In this document: in pieces, positions 1 to 9,033 of the stretch | Layout of the letters: each line of letters begins with the position of its first letter | Numbering within the stretch: the stretch's first letter is position 1 | Source of the DNA: Candidatus Hadarchaeota archaeon | GTDB lineage: Archaea > Hadarchaeota > Hadarchaeia > Hadarchaeales > JAWBSP01 | Length of the DNA stretch: 37,996 nt | Reading direction: 5' to 3' | NCBI GenBank assembly: GCA_964474885.1 | Contig: CAYYWO010000010.1 | Span: 1 to 37,996 of the forward strand | Translations under genes and position numbers: made by a program | Notes under the pieces: model-generated | What the model saw: the letters and a program-made list of their open reading frames with translations, nothing else | Databases searched by the model: none | Told to the model about the DNA's origin: nothing

Positions 1-439
1 CAATTTGCCTGCCCTCGCTGTCCGTCAGGAGGTGCCTGATGCCAAGGCCCTGCCCCGAGCGCTCGTGCTTATGATGACACCCTTGGCCTTCCGGTGGAGC
101 TTTATCGGGATCTCCCGATTTCGAGAGTACAAGCCCCCCGTTCTCGAGTTGAAGTCAAACCGGTTGATAGTTGAGAGTCTTGAACCATTTCCCCTTGAAG
201 CGCAGCTTCCCGGCTTTTCTGCCTTTTTTCCTCAGTCTCGCGAGCCCGGAGGGTTGGAGCACAGCTAATAATTCACCATCTGCAAGACTTTCGAGTAACC
301 CTGCAGAGCTCCGGCTTCTTGTGCTTCTTCAAGCGAACGATCAGGGCTTGGGTGTCCGTTTGCTTGAGCCTTATCCCCCCCTCTCGCCCAAGTTCAGCTC
401 GGAGAGCAGGCGGTCGTACAGCCACCTGCAAAGTTCCAT
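1..439 (-). pseudogene. tnpB: Degraded IS200/IS605-family TnpB (RNA-guided endonuclease) remnant, truncated by the window edge
   Basis: Manual minus-strand translation across frameshifts gives MELCRWLYDRLLSELN / GIRLKQTDTQALIVRLKK..KPEL / YSKVLQMVNY* / GLARLRKKGRKAGKLRFKGKWFKTLNY / LVLSK..EIPIKLHR..KGVII / HERSG..LGIRHLLTDSEGRQI. These match, in order, TnpB N-terminal, REC/WED and RuvC-I motifs. Several frameshifts, a TAG at 265-267 and an internal deletion near 47-52 are present. Confidence 0.85.
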
Positions 440-443
440 GTGC

Positions 444-451
444 CATAAATT
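444..451 (+). promoter_or_regulatory. Possible TATA box (CATAAATT) for the radical SAM gene
   Basis: AT-rich box 25-32 nt upstream of the ATG at 476, the spacing expected for a leaderless archaeal transcript. Confidence 0.3.
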
Positions 452-475
452 CAGGGAGAGAGTTGAGTAGAAGTA

Positions 476-1579
476 ATGTTTTACCACCTGTGGCTGACAA
501 TGAACTGCAATCTGAGTTGCCTTTACTGCAAACGTGCGGCTGAGAAAGAGATAGGCTCGTTCCACCATGACTTTGACGTGGATTTGGTTCTTCCAAATGA
601 ATTTTTCCAGCTGACGGCTTTAAAGAAGTTTCTAGAGAAGGACCCCCAGCCCGTCCTGGTTTTTTACGGTGGAGAGCCTTTGCTTGCGGTCTCTAAGATT
701 CAGTGGATAATGGATCACGTGCGTGCGGAATTCATCCTCCAAACAAACGGAACACTCTTGGACCGCCTAAGTACGGATTATCTCTCCCGCTTAAGAATGC
801 TGATAGTTTCGCTGGACGGCAGGAGGGAGACAACGAATTTCTTCAGGGGGAGGGGTACTTTTGACAGAGTTGTGTTCAACCTGAAAAGGATAAGCGATGA
901 CGTGGACATCGAGCTAGTGGCCCGGATGACGGTTATGGAACCTGTGGACCTCTACGCCGAGGTTAAGTGGCTTTTTGGGAATCTACCGCTTGATGGAGTG
1001 CATTGGCAGTTAAACGCTGGTTTTTATGCCGATTTCAAGGAGAGGGCCCAGGCATTCGTACCATGGCTTAAAGGATCCTACCTACCTAGCCTGGAAAAGC
1101 TGATCGACTGGTGGATTAGAGAGATGGAAAAGGGAAGGGTCCTGAGGATCTACCCATTCCTCGGAATCGTGAACTCGCTGCTCAACAAGGAGAGGAACTG
1201 GTTGATGTGCGGGGCAGGCCACTCCAACTACTCAATCCAAACCGACGGTAAGATAATCCCCTGCCCCCAGATGATAGGTTTGAGAGACTTCTACTTGGGC
1301 TCCATCAGTGAGAGTGATCCTACCCAGCTACCAAAGGTCTTCCCTTCCGGGAGGTGCATGAACTGCGCTTTCGAGCCTCTGTGTGGGGGTAGGTGCCTCT
1401 ACAGCCTCGTGATGCAAAAGTGGGGGAAGGAGTATGAACTTGTGTGTGAGGCTTCGCGCTTCCTGATTCGGTCAATTCTTTCAAGGATGGGGAAGATCCG
1501 GCACTTGCTAAACTCCGGAGTTATATCCAAGCGCGACTTTGAGTACCCCAAGTACTGCACATTAGAGATAATTCCTTAG
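476..1579 (+). CDS. Radical SAM/SPASM-domain protein, resembles the archaeal putative peptide-modifying AF0577 (TIGR04084) family
   Basis: CNLSCLYC (CxxxCxxC), FYGGEPLL, QTNGTLL, SLDG, SPASM cysteines (CGAG, CP, CMNC, CGGRC) and a C-terminal EIIP. Confidence 0.85.
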   Translation: MFYHLWLTMNCNLSCLYCKRAAEKEIGSFHHDFDVDLVLPNEFFQLTALKKFLEKDPQPVLVFYGGEPLLAVSKIQWIMDHVRAEFILQTNGTLLDRLSTDYLSRLRMLIVSLDGRRETTNFFRGRGTFDRVVFNLKRISDDVDIELVARMTVMEPVDLYAEVKWLFGNLPLDGVHWQLNAGFYADFKERAQAFVPWLKGSYLPSLEKLIDWWIREMEKGRVLRIYPFLGIVNSLLNKERNWLMCGAGHSNYSIQTDGKIIPCPQMIGLRDFYLGSISESDPTQLPKVFPSGRCMNCAFEPLCGGRCLYSLVMQKWGKEYELVCEASRFLIRSILSRMGKIRHLLNSGVISKRDFEYPKYCTLEIIP

Positions 1580-1585
1580 GTTCTG

Positions 1586-2020
1586 ATGAGACCGATCGCC
1601 GAAATAATGGAGGAAATGCTCAAGGCTTTCAGAAGGGAGCCGAGGGGCTGGTGTATGCTAAAAACGACTGATTCTAAGGGATTGATCAGCCTGTTCTTCC
1701 AGGGCTCGGGCAAGCTCTGGGAGATCAAGGGTGAGATGAAGAGCCCCTTCGAGCTGATCGGTGGGGGGATGCGAATCGCGGACAGGATCGATGACAGGAT
1801 CGAGCAGGCCATGATGGGGAGCGAACCTCTCCCCTTTAGTCTCGTGAGTCTCCACCCCAAGAGGAAGGACACGTTGATAATCTCCGCAGGCGTAGGCAGG
1901 CAGAGTCACAGATTCCCCAGTGAAATGCTCTCCCCCAAGCAGAAGAAAATGGATCAGGAGCTGCGCCAAAGCCTAACGAGGCTAATGGAGAGGCTGGGTT
2001 TAGACTCGGAGTACGCCTAG
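1586..2020 (+). CDS. Hypothetical protein (144 aa)
   Basis: ATG 6 nt after the radical SAM stop, protein-like composition, tail-to-tail overlap with mpg. No catalytic motif recognised. Confidence 0.7.
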   Translation: MRPIAEIMEEMLKAFRREPRGWCMLKTTDSKGLISLFFQGSGKLWEIKGEMKSPFELIGGGMRIADRIDDRIEQAMMGSEPLPFSLVSLHPKRKDTLIISAGVGRQSHRFPSEMLSPKQKKMDQELRQSLTRLMERLGLDSEYA

Positions 2021-2598
2021 CCTTTTTTTGAAACGAATGGGTTGCCGCCTATGTAAAACCTGAGCTTCCTCATCAGGTCCTTCCTGACACCCACCCGGTA
2101 GGCACTGACGACCTTGAAGGGAGGATCGTTTTTGTTGCCCATTATCATGAGCTCCCCTGGCTTGGTTAGATCCACACCGTTCAAGTTGCTCGTTATCCTC
2201 AGGGCTGAAGTCAGCTTCCCCGGGCCCTTCGTCAGTGAGGTCAGATCACCTGTCCTCTTGCCCCTGGTCATCAGCTCTATCCCTTCAACGGGTTCTCCGG
2301 ACCTTATTAGCACGGCCCCCGGCCTCCCCTTCTTGTCGGCTGTTGTGTTAAAGAGCCAGTGGCCGTGGACCATGTAGATGAATGCAAGCCCTCCCCGCTC
2401 CCACATAGGCCAGTTTAGTTTCGTCTTCCTCTTGTATGCCCTAGAAGCTGGATCCCCCCTTCCGTAGTAGGCTTCCGTCTCGACGATCCTCACGACCATC
2501 CTCCCTTCCTTACATATTCTGACCAAGTACTTTCCAAGAAGCTCATGGGCCACGATGGCAGGATCTCTCTCGTAGAAGGCTCTGCTCAGGAGCCTCAT
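2017..2598 (-). CDS. mpg: DNA-3-methyladenine glycosylase (AAG/MPG family)
   Basis: IVETEAY, DPAS, IYMVHG, AVLIRSGEP, GPGKLTSAL, RVGV, LRFY...VS motifs. Confidence 0.93.
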   Translation of the reverse strand: MRLLSRAFYERDPAIVAHELLGKYLVRICKEGRMVVRIVETEAYYGRGDPASRAYKRKTKLNWPMWERGGLAFIYMVHGHWLFNTTADKKGRPGAVLIRSGEPVEGIELMTRGKRTGDLTSLTKGPGKLTSALRITSNLNGVDLTKPGELMIMGNKNDPPFKVVSAYRVGVRKDLMRKLRFYIGGNPFVSKKG

Positions 2599-3275
2599 CT
2601 TGCAGAAATCATTCCCTGAATTATATCCCTAATGGCTTCTCTCCTGCGCTCAGCCTTGACCACGTAGGAGGCGAGCAACACCCCTTCTGCTCCCAGCTCC
2701 AGAGCCAATCTCGCATCCTCCCCCGAAGAGATGCCGGCTCCGCATAGGACCCGAACCTCCGGGTTTTTGCGCTTTACCGCCTCAACCGAATCCTTCACGA
2801 TCTCAGGTTTTACCTTAGACACGGCCCTGCCCGTACCGATGAGCTCCGGGGGCTCTACGGCGATCACATCCGGTTTGTATTCCGCCAGTTTGACTGCAGT
2901 TTCTACATCCTTGGCACAGACCACACTCACCATGTTGAGCTCCCTAAGCCTTTTGATGACGGAGTTTACCTGATCCATTGGCAACTGGTGCTCTGAATGA
3001 TTCACCAAGCTACCGGCGGCCCCCGCTTCCTTCGCAGCTTCTGGCAGGAGCCACCCCGTGTGCGAGCCTGGCTTTATGGGATCTAAATGCTGAGCCAGAA
3101 CTGGTATGTTTACAGTTTTCGCAACCCACCTCAAGTCGAAGGGCTGGACGGCAACGGCCGCGGGGATTTTGTTCTTGCTCTCTTCCTCGAGGACCATCGC
3201 GAGCTTCACAGCGTTCTCTCCGGTTCCCTCCGAGTACGTCTTCAAGTTTACTATTAGCAATGGGAAATTAAGCAT
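2595..3275 (-). CDS. tpiA: Triosephosphate isomerase, archaeal type
   Basis: NLKTY, AQHLD, NHSEH, AVEPPELIGTG, CGAGI, GVLLAS. ATG at 3275 preferred over TTG at 3278. Confidence 0.96.
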   Translation of the reverse strand: MLNFPLLIVNLKTYSEGTGENAVKLAMVLEEESKNKIPAAVAVQPFDLRWVAKTVNIPVLAQHLDPIKPGSHTGWLLPEAAKEAGAAGSLVNHSEHQLPMDQVNSVIKRLRELNMVSVVCAKDVETAVKLAEYKPDVIAVEPPELIGTGRAVSKVKPEIVKDSVEAVKRKNPEVRVLCGAGISSGEDARLALELGAEGVLLASYVVKAERRREAIRDIIQGMISAR

Positions 3276-4458
3276 CAATCTTATCTTGTCCCCTAATAAA
3301 GCTGACGAACCTCTCCAACCTGTCCATGCCCTTCTTCAAGCTCTCTAGGGGGGCGGCATAGGATATCCTGACATATTCGTCATCCCCAAATGCCACGCCA
3401 GGAACCACAGCTACGGCCTCCCTCTCGAGCAGTTTTTGGGCAAAGGTCATGGAATCCCTGACTTCCTCTCCCCAGACCTGGGAAATCTTGGGGAAGACAT
3501 AGAAGGCACCAGGCGGGGGGGAGCACCTGATGCCCATCTGGTTCAGCCTTTGCACAACGAAGTCTCTTCTCTGCTTGAATATCCGGATCATAGCAGTTAC
3601 CTCCCCTTGGTCACCCGTGAGGGCCTCGAGGGCCGCGTACTGGCTGATTGAGGTTGGGTTGGAGGTGGTGTGATCTTGGATCTTTGAGACCGCTTGCATA
3701 ACCTCCTTTGGCCCCGCGGCATACCCGATCCTCCACCCGGTCATGCGATAGGTTTTGGAGACACCGTTCACCACTATGGTCAGCTCCCTCATCCCATGCA
3801 TGGTGGCAATGCTCACATGTCTCCCTTCGTAAATGAACTTGTCGTAAATCTCGTCCGAAATGCAATAAACCCCTTTCTCGACCAAAATCTCCGCAATGGC
3901 TCTCAGCTCTGACTCGGCGTAGACGGTCCCCGTAGGGTTGTTCGGGGAGTTCAAAATCAGGACTTTCGACCTGGGCGTGATGGCATCTCGCAGCTGCTCG
4001 GGAGTGATCTTGAATCCCCCTTCCTCAGTGGTTCTCAGGAACTTGGGCGTCCCTCCGGCCAGTTTCACCATTTCAGGATAGCTCACCCAGTACGGAGAAG
4101 GGATGAGGACTTCATCCCCCTCTTCCACCAGGGCCATCAGCACGTTGAAGATGGAGTGTTTCGCCCCGCAGGAGACCACGATCTCCTGTGGCGAGTAATC
4201 CAGTCCGAGCTCCTGCTTGAGTCTCTCAGCAATCGCCTTTTTGAGTTCAGGAATCCCCGAAGTCGGGGTGTATTTGGTGAAACCTCTGTCGATGGCCTCC
4301 TTTCCTTTCACCTTGATGTTTTCGGGCGTATCGAGGTCCGGCTGTCCAGCCCCCAGATCCACGACATCCACGCCCCTAGCACGCAACTCCTTGGCCCTCG
4401 CTGAGATCCCCAAGGTCAAGGAGGGGGAGACCGAGAGAACTCTCTTGGCGAGCTTCAT
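3268..4458 (-). CDS. aspC: PLP-dependent aminotransferase class I/II (aspartate aminotransferase-like)
   Basis: TKYTPTSG, NSPNNPTG, SDEIY, NGVSKTYRMTGWRIGY (PLP Lys), GAFY, RISYA. ATGA overlap with the purC stop. Confidence 0.9.
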   Translation of the reverse strand: MKLAKRVLSVSPSLTLGISARAKELRARGVDVVDLGAGQPDLDTPENIKVKGKEAIDRGFTKYTPTSGIPELKKAIAERLKQELGLDYSPQEIVVSCGAKHSIFNVLMALVEEGDEVLIPSPYWVSYPEMVKLAGGTPKFLRTTEEGGFKITPEQLRDAITPRSKVLILNSPNNPTGTVYAESELRAIAEILVEKGVYCISDEIYDKFIYEGRHVSIATMHGMRELTIVVNGVSKTYRMTGWRIGYAAGPKEVMQAVSKIQDHTTSNPTSISQYAALEALTGDQGEVTAMIRIFKQRRDFVVQRLNQMGIRCSPPPGAFYVFPKISQVWGEEVRDSMTFAQKLLEREAVAVVPGVAFGDDEYVRISYAAPLESLKKGMDRLERFVSFIRGQDKIDA

Positions 4459-5321
4459 GCGAGCAATCTGTCCATGATTTCTAGATACCTGCTGGAAGTC
4501 TCTTTAACTATCTCCGGCGGTAGCTCGGGAGCGGGCGGCTTTTTGTCCCATCCTATAGACTCTAGGTAATCCCTCACGAATTGCTTGTCCAAGCTCAGCT
4601 GCGGCTTGCCTGGTTCGTACGAGTCCGCCGGCCAGAACCGGGAGGAGTCTGGGGTCAGGAGCTCGTCTATCAAGACGAGTTCTCCATCCCTCCACCCAAA
4701 CTCGAGCTTGGTGTCAGCAATGATTATCCCTCTCCGCTCAGCATACTTTGCACACCTCTCGTAAATCCGCAGGCTGATCTCCTTCAGCGTCTCGAAGATG
4801 TCTCGTCCGAGCGTCTGGACGATCTCGTCTTCCGTCAAGGGCCTATCATGACCCTTCTCCTCCTTTGTTGTAGGGGTAAACACCGGCTCGGGGAGCTTGT
4901 CGGCGAGTTTGAGCCCTCGGGGCACTTCGATGCCCCAGAGACTGCCCGACCTCTGGTATTCCTTCCACGCTGAGCCGTAAAGGTACCCTCTAACAGTACA
5001 CTCAACTTTGATCGGTTCGGTTTTGGTTACGAGCATCCACCTGCTCTCGAGTTCTTTCAGTTGTGGGATTCCTAGTACATCTTCAGGCTTGGTTGTCAAG
5101 AGGTGATTTCTGGTGATATCCTCTGTGAACCTGAACCAAAATTCTGACAATTTGTTCAGAATCATGCCCTTCATGGGGATGGGAGTAGGCAGCACGACAT
5201 CGAAAGCCGAAATCCTATCGGTGGAAACGATGAGCAATCTATCCCCAAGGTCGTAGAGGTCCCTCACTTTACCCCTCTTGAAGAGGGGGAGGGGAAGGTT
5301 AGTCTCACGTATAGGTTCCAT
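4455..5321 (-). CDS. purC: Phosphoribosylaminoimidazole-succinocarboxamide (SAICAR) synthase
   Basis: GKVRDLY, TDRISAFD, RGYLYGS, FTPTTK, ADTKLEFG, DELLTPDSSRFW, DKQFVRD. Start set to ATG 5321 (MEPIRE), which is preceded by GAGGT. Confidence 0.96.
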   Translation of the reverse strand: MEPIRETNLPLPLFKRGKVRDLYDLGDRLLIVSTDRISAFDVVLPTPIPMKGMILNKLSEFWFRFTEDITRNHLLTTKPEDVLGIPQLKELESRWMLVTKTEPIKVECTVRGYLYGSAWKEYQRSGSLWGIEVPRGLKLADKLPEPVFTPTTKEEKGHDRPLTEDEIVQTLGRDIFETLKEISLRIYERCAKYAERRGIIIADTKLEFGWRDGELVLIDELLTPDSSRFWPADSYEPGKPQLSLDKQFVRDYLESIGWDKKPPAPELPPEIVKETSSRYLEIMDRLLA

Positions 5322-5339
5322 GGAAACCTCGTATGCGTG

Positions 5340-5347
5340 AAATTTAA
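5340..5347 (-). promoter_or_regulatory. Possible TATA box (TTAAATTT) upstream of the purC operon
   Basis: AT-rich box 19-26 nt upstream of the purC ATG, in the elp3-purC intergenic region. Confidence 0.3.
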
Positions 5348-5417
5348 CCCCTGTGTGGCCTGGTAACAGACACATTGAGATGCCTGGGTTTTGTGATCAC
5401 CAGCGATTCCGAAGCAT

Positions 5418-6824
5418 TCACAATTTTTTGGACATGTAGGGCCCTTCCCTCTCGAAACCCAGCCTCCGATAGTAATCCTTAACCCCCAATCCTGAGAGCA
5501 CCACCATCTTCTTGCACTCCTGCTCAAGGCAAATCTCTTCAGCTTTTCTCATGAGTGCGGTACCGATTCCTCGATGCTGCCATTGTAGCTCCGAGGGTTT
5601 TTGTCCGACCGGAACCATAGGACCGAAGACATGCAGTTGTCTCACGACCCCCGCATTCTGAACCTCCTTCCGGTGCGCGCGTTCTGAAGGTATTCGCAAC
5701 CTCAGCATGCCCACCAAAGCATCACCTTTCTCGATTGTGACGAAGTATTCCCTTCCAAGGTTCGCTTCGTACTCGTTGACCCGGAGTTCGAGATCGCCCT
5801 CGGGGATTTTTCCAGTTCTGTAGATCACATGCCCAATTTCTCTGCAGCGGATGCACTTGCACCTGAGTCCACGTTTCTCCATTTCCTTCCGCACAACATT
5901 CCGGAGATCCCCTCTTTCCACTCCGGCGACGGTCAGGTTTAGGGGGATGTCCCTCAGGATACGATGTATACGTACCCATTCTGGGACCATCTGCTTTATC
6001 CTGATAATGAGCTCGACGAGTGTCTCCTGGGGGTAAGGTGCGTATCTTCCGCTCTTCCACCACTCGTACAACTCAGTCCCGGGTAGCACCATCGTGGGGT
6101 ATATCTTTATACCGTCGGGGCGGAATTGCGGGTCCTCAAAGATCTTCCGGAACATCTCGAGATCCTTTTCCGGGGATGAACCCGGCAGGCCGAGCATCAT
6201 GTGGTAGGAGACCACGAAGCCGGCGTCTTTGGCTATTCTCGTCGCTTCAACGAGATCCCCAACGGTGTGCCCTCTTTTGATGATTCGGTAGATCTCATCG
6301 TCTGGGGCCTGTGCACCGATCTCAACCCTTGTTGTTCCCAGCTCCAGCAGGAGATCGACGTGCCGCTCCTTGCACCAGTCCGGCCTCGTCTCGAATACGA
6401 TGTTGCTCACACGTCTGGGGGCGCTTTCTGCTAGCAACTTTGCTTCTTCCAAATCTCTCGCGGTCTGCCCATTTAGGCAGTCCAGGCACCTCTTCATGAA
6501 CCACCTCAAGTAGTCTGGGTCGTATGCCGTCAGCGTCCCCCCAAAGACAATGAGCTCCACCTTGTCCACGTGATGCCCTATCGCTTCGAGTTGTCTCACC
6601 CTGGCCTTCACCTGCTCGAATGGGTCAAAATCGTGCTGAATAGCCCTCATGCAGGCAGGCTCTTTCCCGGTGTAACTCTGGGGAGTTCCAGAGGACGGTC
6701 CGCCCGGGCAATAAACGCATGGCTCGGGTTTGGGGCAGGGCCTGGGTTCCGCCATGACGGTTATCACGGAGACTCCAGAGATCGTCCGTACTGGCTTTAG
6801 AACTCGTGCTGCTCGACTCCTCAC
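5418..6824 (-). CDS. elp3: tRNA uridine(34) acetyltransferase Elp3 (radical SAM + GNAT)
   Basis: RTISGV, CPKPEPCVYCPGG, QSYTGKEPA, ETRPD, KIYPT, RILRDIP, CKCIRCRE, LHVFG, QHRGIG, GVKDYYRRLG. Confidence 0.96.
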   Translation of the reverse strand: MRSRAARVLKPVRTISGVSVITVMAEPRPCPKPEPCVYCPGGPSSGTPQSYTGKEPACMRAIQHDFDPFEQVKARVRQLEAIGHHVDKVELIVFGGTLTAYDPDYLRWFMKRCLDCLNGQTARDLEEAKLLAESAPRRVSNIVFETRPDWCKERHVDLLLELGTTRVEIGAQAPDDEIYRIIKRGHTVGDLVEATRIAKDAGFVVSYHMMLGLPGSSPEKDLEMFRKIFEDPQFRPDGIKIYPTMVLPGTELYEWWKSGRYAPYPQETLVELIIRIKQMVPEWVRIHRILRDIPLNLTVAGVERGDLRNVVRKEMEKRGLRCKCIRCREIGHVIYRTGKIPEGDLELRVNEYEANLGREYFVTIEKGDALVGMLRLRIPSERAHRKEVQNAGVVRQLHVFGPMVPVGQKPSELQWQHRGIGTALMRKAEEICLEQECKKMVVLSGLGVKDYYRRLGFEREGPYMSKKL

Positions 6825-6869
6825 TGAAAATTACTCCTGCGGGAATTACGCCCCTAATGCGAGGATAAG

Positions 6870-9032
6870 ATGAAGGTTGAGCAGCTGACCGAGTTTGGCC
6901 TGCCCCAAGAGGCCATAAGGGTGCTCGAGCGACACGGGATTAGAGAGCTTTATCCACCCCAGGCCGAGTGCGTCAGGAGGGGCCTGCTGGATGGGAAGAG
7001 CATGGTAGTCTCCATCCCCACTGCGGCCGGGAAGACCTTGGTCGCGGAGCTCTGTATGCTGAAGTCTATCCTGACCCGCGGGGGAAAATGCCTGTATGTG
7101 GTTCCTCTGCGCGCCCTAGCGAATGAGAAGTACGAGGAGTTCCAGGAGAAGTACAGGGATCTCGGAATAAAGGTAGGCATAAGCACCGGAGACTACGATT
7201 CGGCTGATCCGAGGCTCGCCAGGTATGACATCCTCATTGCTACTTCTGAGAGGGTGGATTCGCTGTTGAGGCACAGGGCAAAATGGCTGGCCGACCTCAC
7301 GACGGTTGCCGTGCTGGATGAGGTGCATCTTTTGGATGACCCCGAGCGGGGGCCGACCCTGGAGGTCCTGACGGCTAGACTCAGGCAAGTGAACCCCAGC
7401 CTCCAGCTTATTGCCCTAAGCGCCACCATCAGGAACTCCGAGGAAATCGCGGACTGGTTGGGAGCCGAGCTCGTGCAGAGCGACTGGAGACCCGTACCCT
7501 TGAAAAAAGGGGTTTACTGCGAGGGCAAGATAAGATTCGACGACGAGACCGTCAGAAACGTCCCCGCAAAAGGTGAGCCCCTTCTGTCCCTGGTGCTGGA
7601 GACCATAGAAGAAGGGGGACAGGTGCTCGTCTTTGTCAACACTAGGCGCTCCGCTCAGAGCCTGGCCTCTGTCTTGGCGGAGCGGCTGAGCCTCGTAGTT
7701 CCGCGCAGGAAAGAGCTGGAGGAGGTAGCGAGCAGGGTGGAATCGGCCCTGGACGAGCCCACGAGCACGTGCAGGCTCCTCGCCTCCTGCATCCGAAGAG
7801 GAACGGCTTTCCACCACGCAGGCCTGCATGCGGCGCAGCGGAGGGAGGTGGAGAGGGCCTTCAGGCAAGGTCTGATTTATGTCGTCTGCGCAACCCCCAC
7901 CCTGGCTATGGGGGTGAACATGCCCTCCAGGAGGGTTATAATCAGAGATTACCGGCGGTATGTGGTGCCGTACGGCATGGAATACATACCGGTTCTGGAG
8001 TTCCACCAGCTCTGCGGGAGGGCGGGGAGGCCGAAGTACGATGAGTATGGGGAGGCCGTTCTGATCGCGAGGAACGAGGAGGAGGCGGAGGTGCTCTTCG
8101 AGGAGTTCATCAGGGCACCGCCCGAGAGGATCTTCTCAAAGCTGGGGACCGAGCCCGCCCTGCGCTCCCACGTCCTGGCCGGCATAGCCTCCGGTTACTC
8201 AACGAGTTTCGAAGAGCTGCTGGAGTTCTTCTCCAAGACCTTCTTCGCCTACCAGAGGGGCCATGCAGAAATATCACCCCTGCTCGAGCGGATCATAGAT
8301 TTCTTGGAGCGGGAGAAGATGGTCCAGAGGCTGGACGGCAGGCTGAAGGCAACGGTTTTCGGGGAGAAGGTCTCTGCGCTCTACATCGATCCGCTCTCGG
8401 CCGTCATCCTGAGGGACGGATTGAGAAACATCACCTCTACTCCCAGCACCCTAGGGCTCCTGCACCTGGTCTGCCACACTCCTGACATGCCTCCACTCAA
8501 CCTAGGGCGGGATGTGGACGAGTACGAGAACACGGCCCATATCCACGCTGAAGATTTCCTGATCCCCTTCCCAGATCCCTACGATGAGCCCGAAAAATAC
8601 GAGTACTTCCTTAGGGAAGTGAAGACGGCCAGCATGCTCTTGGACTGGATCGAGGAGAGGGGGGAGGAAGAGATCCACCAGAAATATGGTATTGGGGCGG
8701 GGGACCTGAGGAGGTTTATCGAGACCGCTGAATGGCTGCTGTACAGTGCGCATGAGATCGCACGGTTGTTCAGGGTCAGGAAGGCCCTGACGCCCCTGCG
8801 CGAGCTCCAAACCAGGGTGAGGTATGGAGTGAAAGGGGAGCTCCTAGAGCTGGTCAGCCTTTCAGGGGTCGGCAGGGTCAGGGCTAGGCAACTCTATAAT
8901 GCCGGCTTTAGGAGGCTCTCGGACATTAGGAAGGCGACGGAGGCCCAGCTCCTGTCCATTCCAGGTATAGGGGCGAAGCTAGCTAGGGAGATCAAGCACC
9001 AAGCGGAGCTCCAGTTCCAAAAGGTAAGGTAA
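6870..9032 (+). CDS. hel308: ATP-dependent DNA helicase Hel308 (Ski2-like SF2)
   Basis: PTAAGKT, DEVH, SAT, FHHAGL, GRAGRP, and C-terminal HhH with RVRAR. Confidence 0.95.
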   Translation: MKVEQLTEFGLPQEAIRVLERHGIRELYPPQAECVRRGLLDGKSMVVSIPTAAGKTLVAELCMLKSILTRGGKCLYVVPLRALANEKYEEFQEKYRDLGIKVGISTGDYDSADPRLARYDILIATSERVDSLLRHRAKWLADLTTVAVLDEVHLLDDPERGPTLEVLTARLRQVNPSLQLIALSATIRNSEEIADWLGAELVQSDWRPVPLKKGVYCEGKIRFDDETVRNVPAKGEPLLSLVLETIEEGGQVLVFVNTRRSAQSLASVLAERLSLVVPRRKELEEVASRVESALDEPTSTCRLLASCIRRGTAFHHAGLHAAQRREVERAFRQGLIYVVCATPTLAMGVNMPSRRVIIRDYRRYVVPYGMEYIPVLEFHQLCGRAGRPKYDEYGEAVLIARNEEEAEVLFEEFIRAPPERIFSKLGTEPALRSHVLAGIASGYSTSFEELLEFFSKTFFAYQRGHAEISPLLERIIDFLEREKMVQRLDGRLKATVFGEKVSALYIDPLSAVILRDGLRNITSTPSTLGLLHLVCHTPDMPPLNLGRDVDEYENTAHIHAEDFLIPFPDPYDEPEKYEYFLREVKTASMLLDWIEERGEEEIHQKYGIGAGDLRRFIETAEWLLYSAHEIARLFRVRKALTPLRELQTRVRYGVKGELLELVSLSGVGRVRARQLYNAGFRRLSDIRKATEAQLLSIPGIGAKLAREIKHQAELQFQKVR

Positions 9033-9033
9033 T

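Noticed and set aside
5-596. ORF-track calls 5..268, 171..470, 273..596, 319..543 and 371..568
   Set aside because: They are antisense to, or fragments of, the tnpB pseudogene and the radical SAM 5' end; not independent genes.
5322-5375. Longer purC start at 5375
   Set aside because: The extra 18 residues are not PurC-like, and ATG 5321 has a GAGGT motif and an upstream AT-rich box.
6870-9032. Intein in Hel308 or in the giant protein
   Set aside because: Hel308 is of normal length with contiguous motifs; no Hint or LAGLIDADG signatures were seen in either protein.
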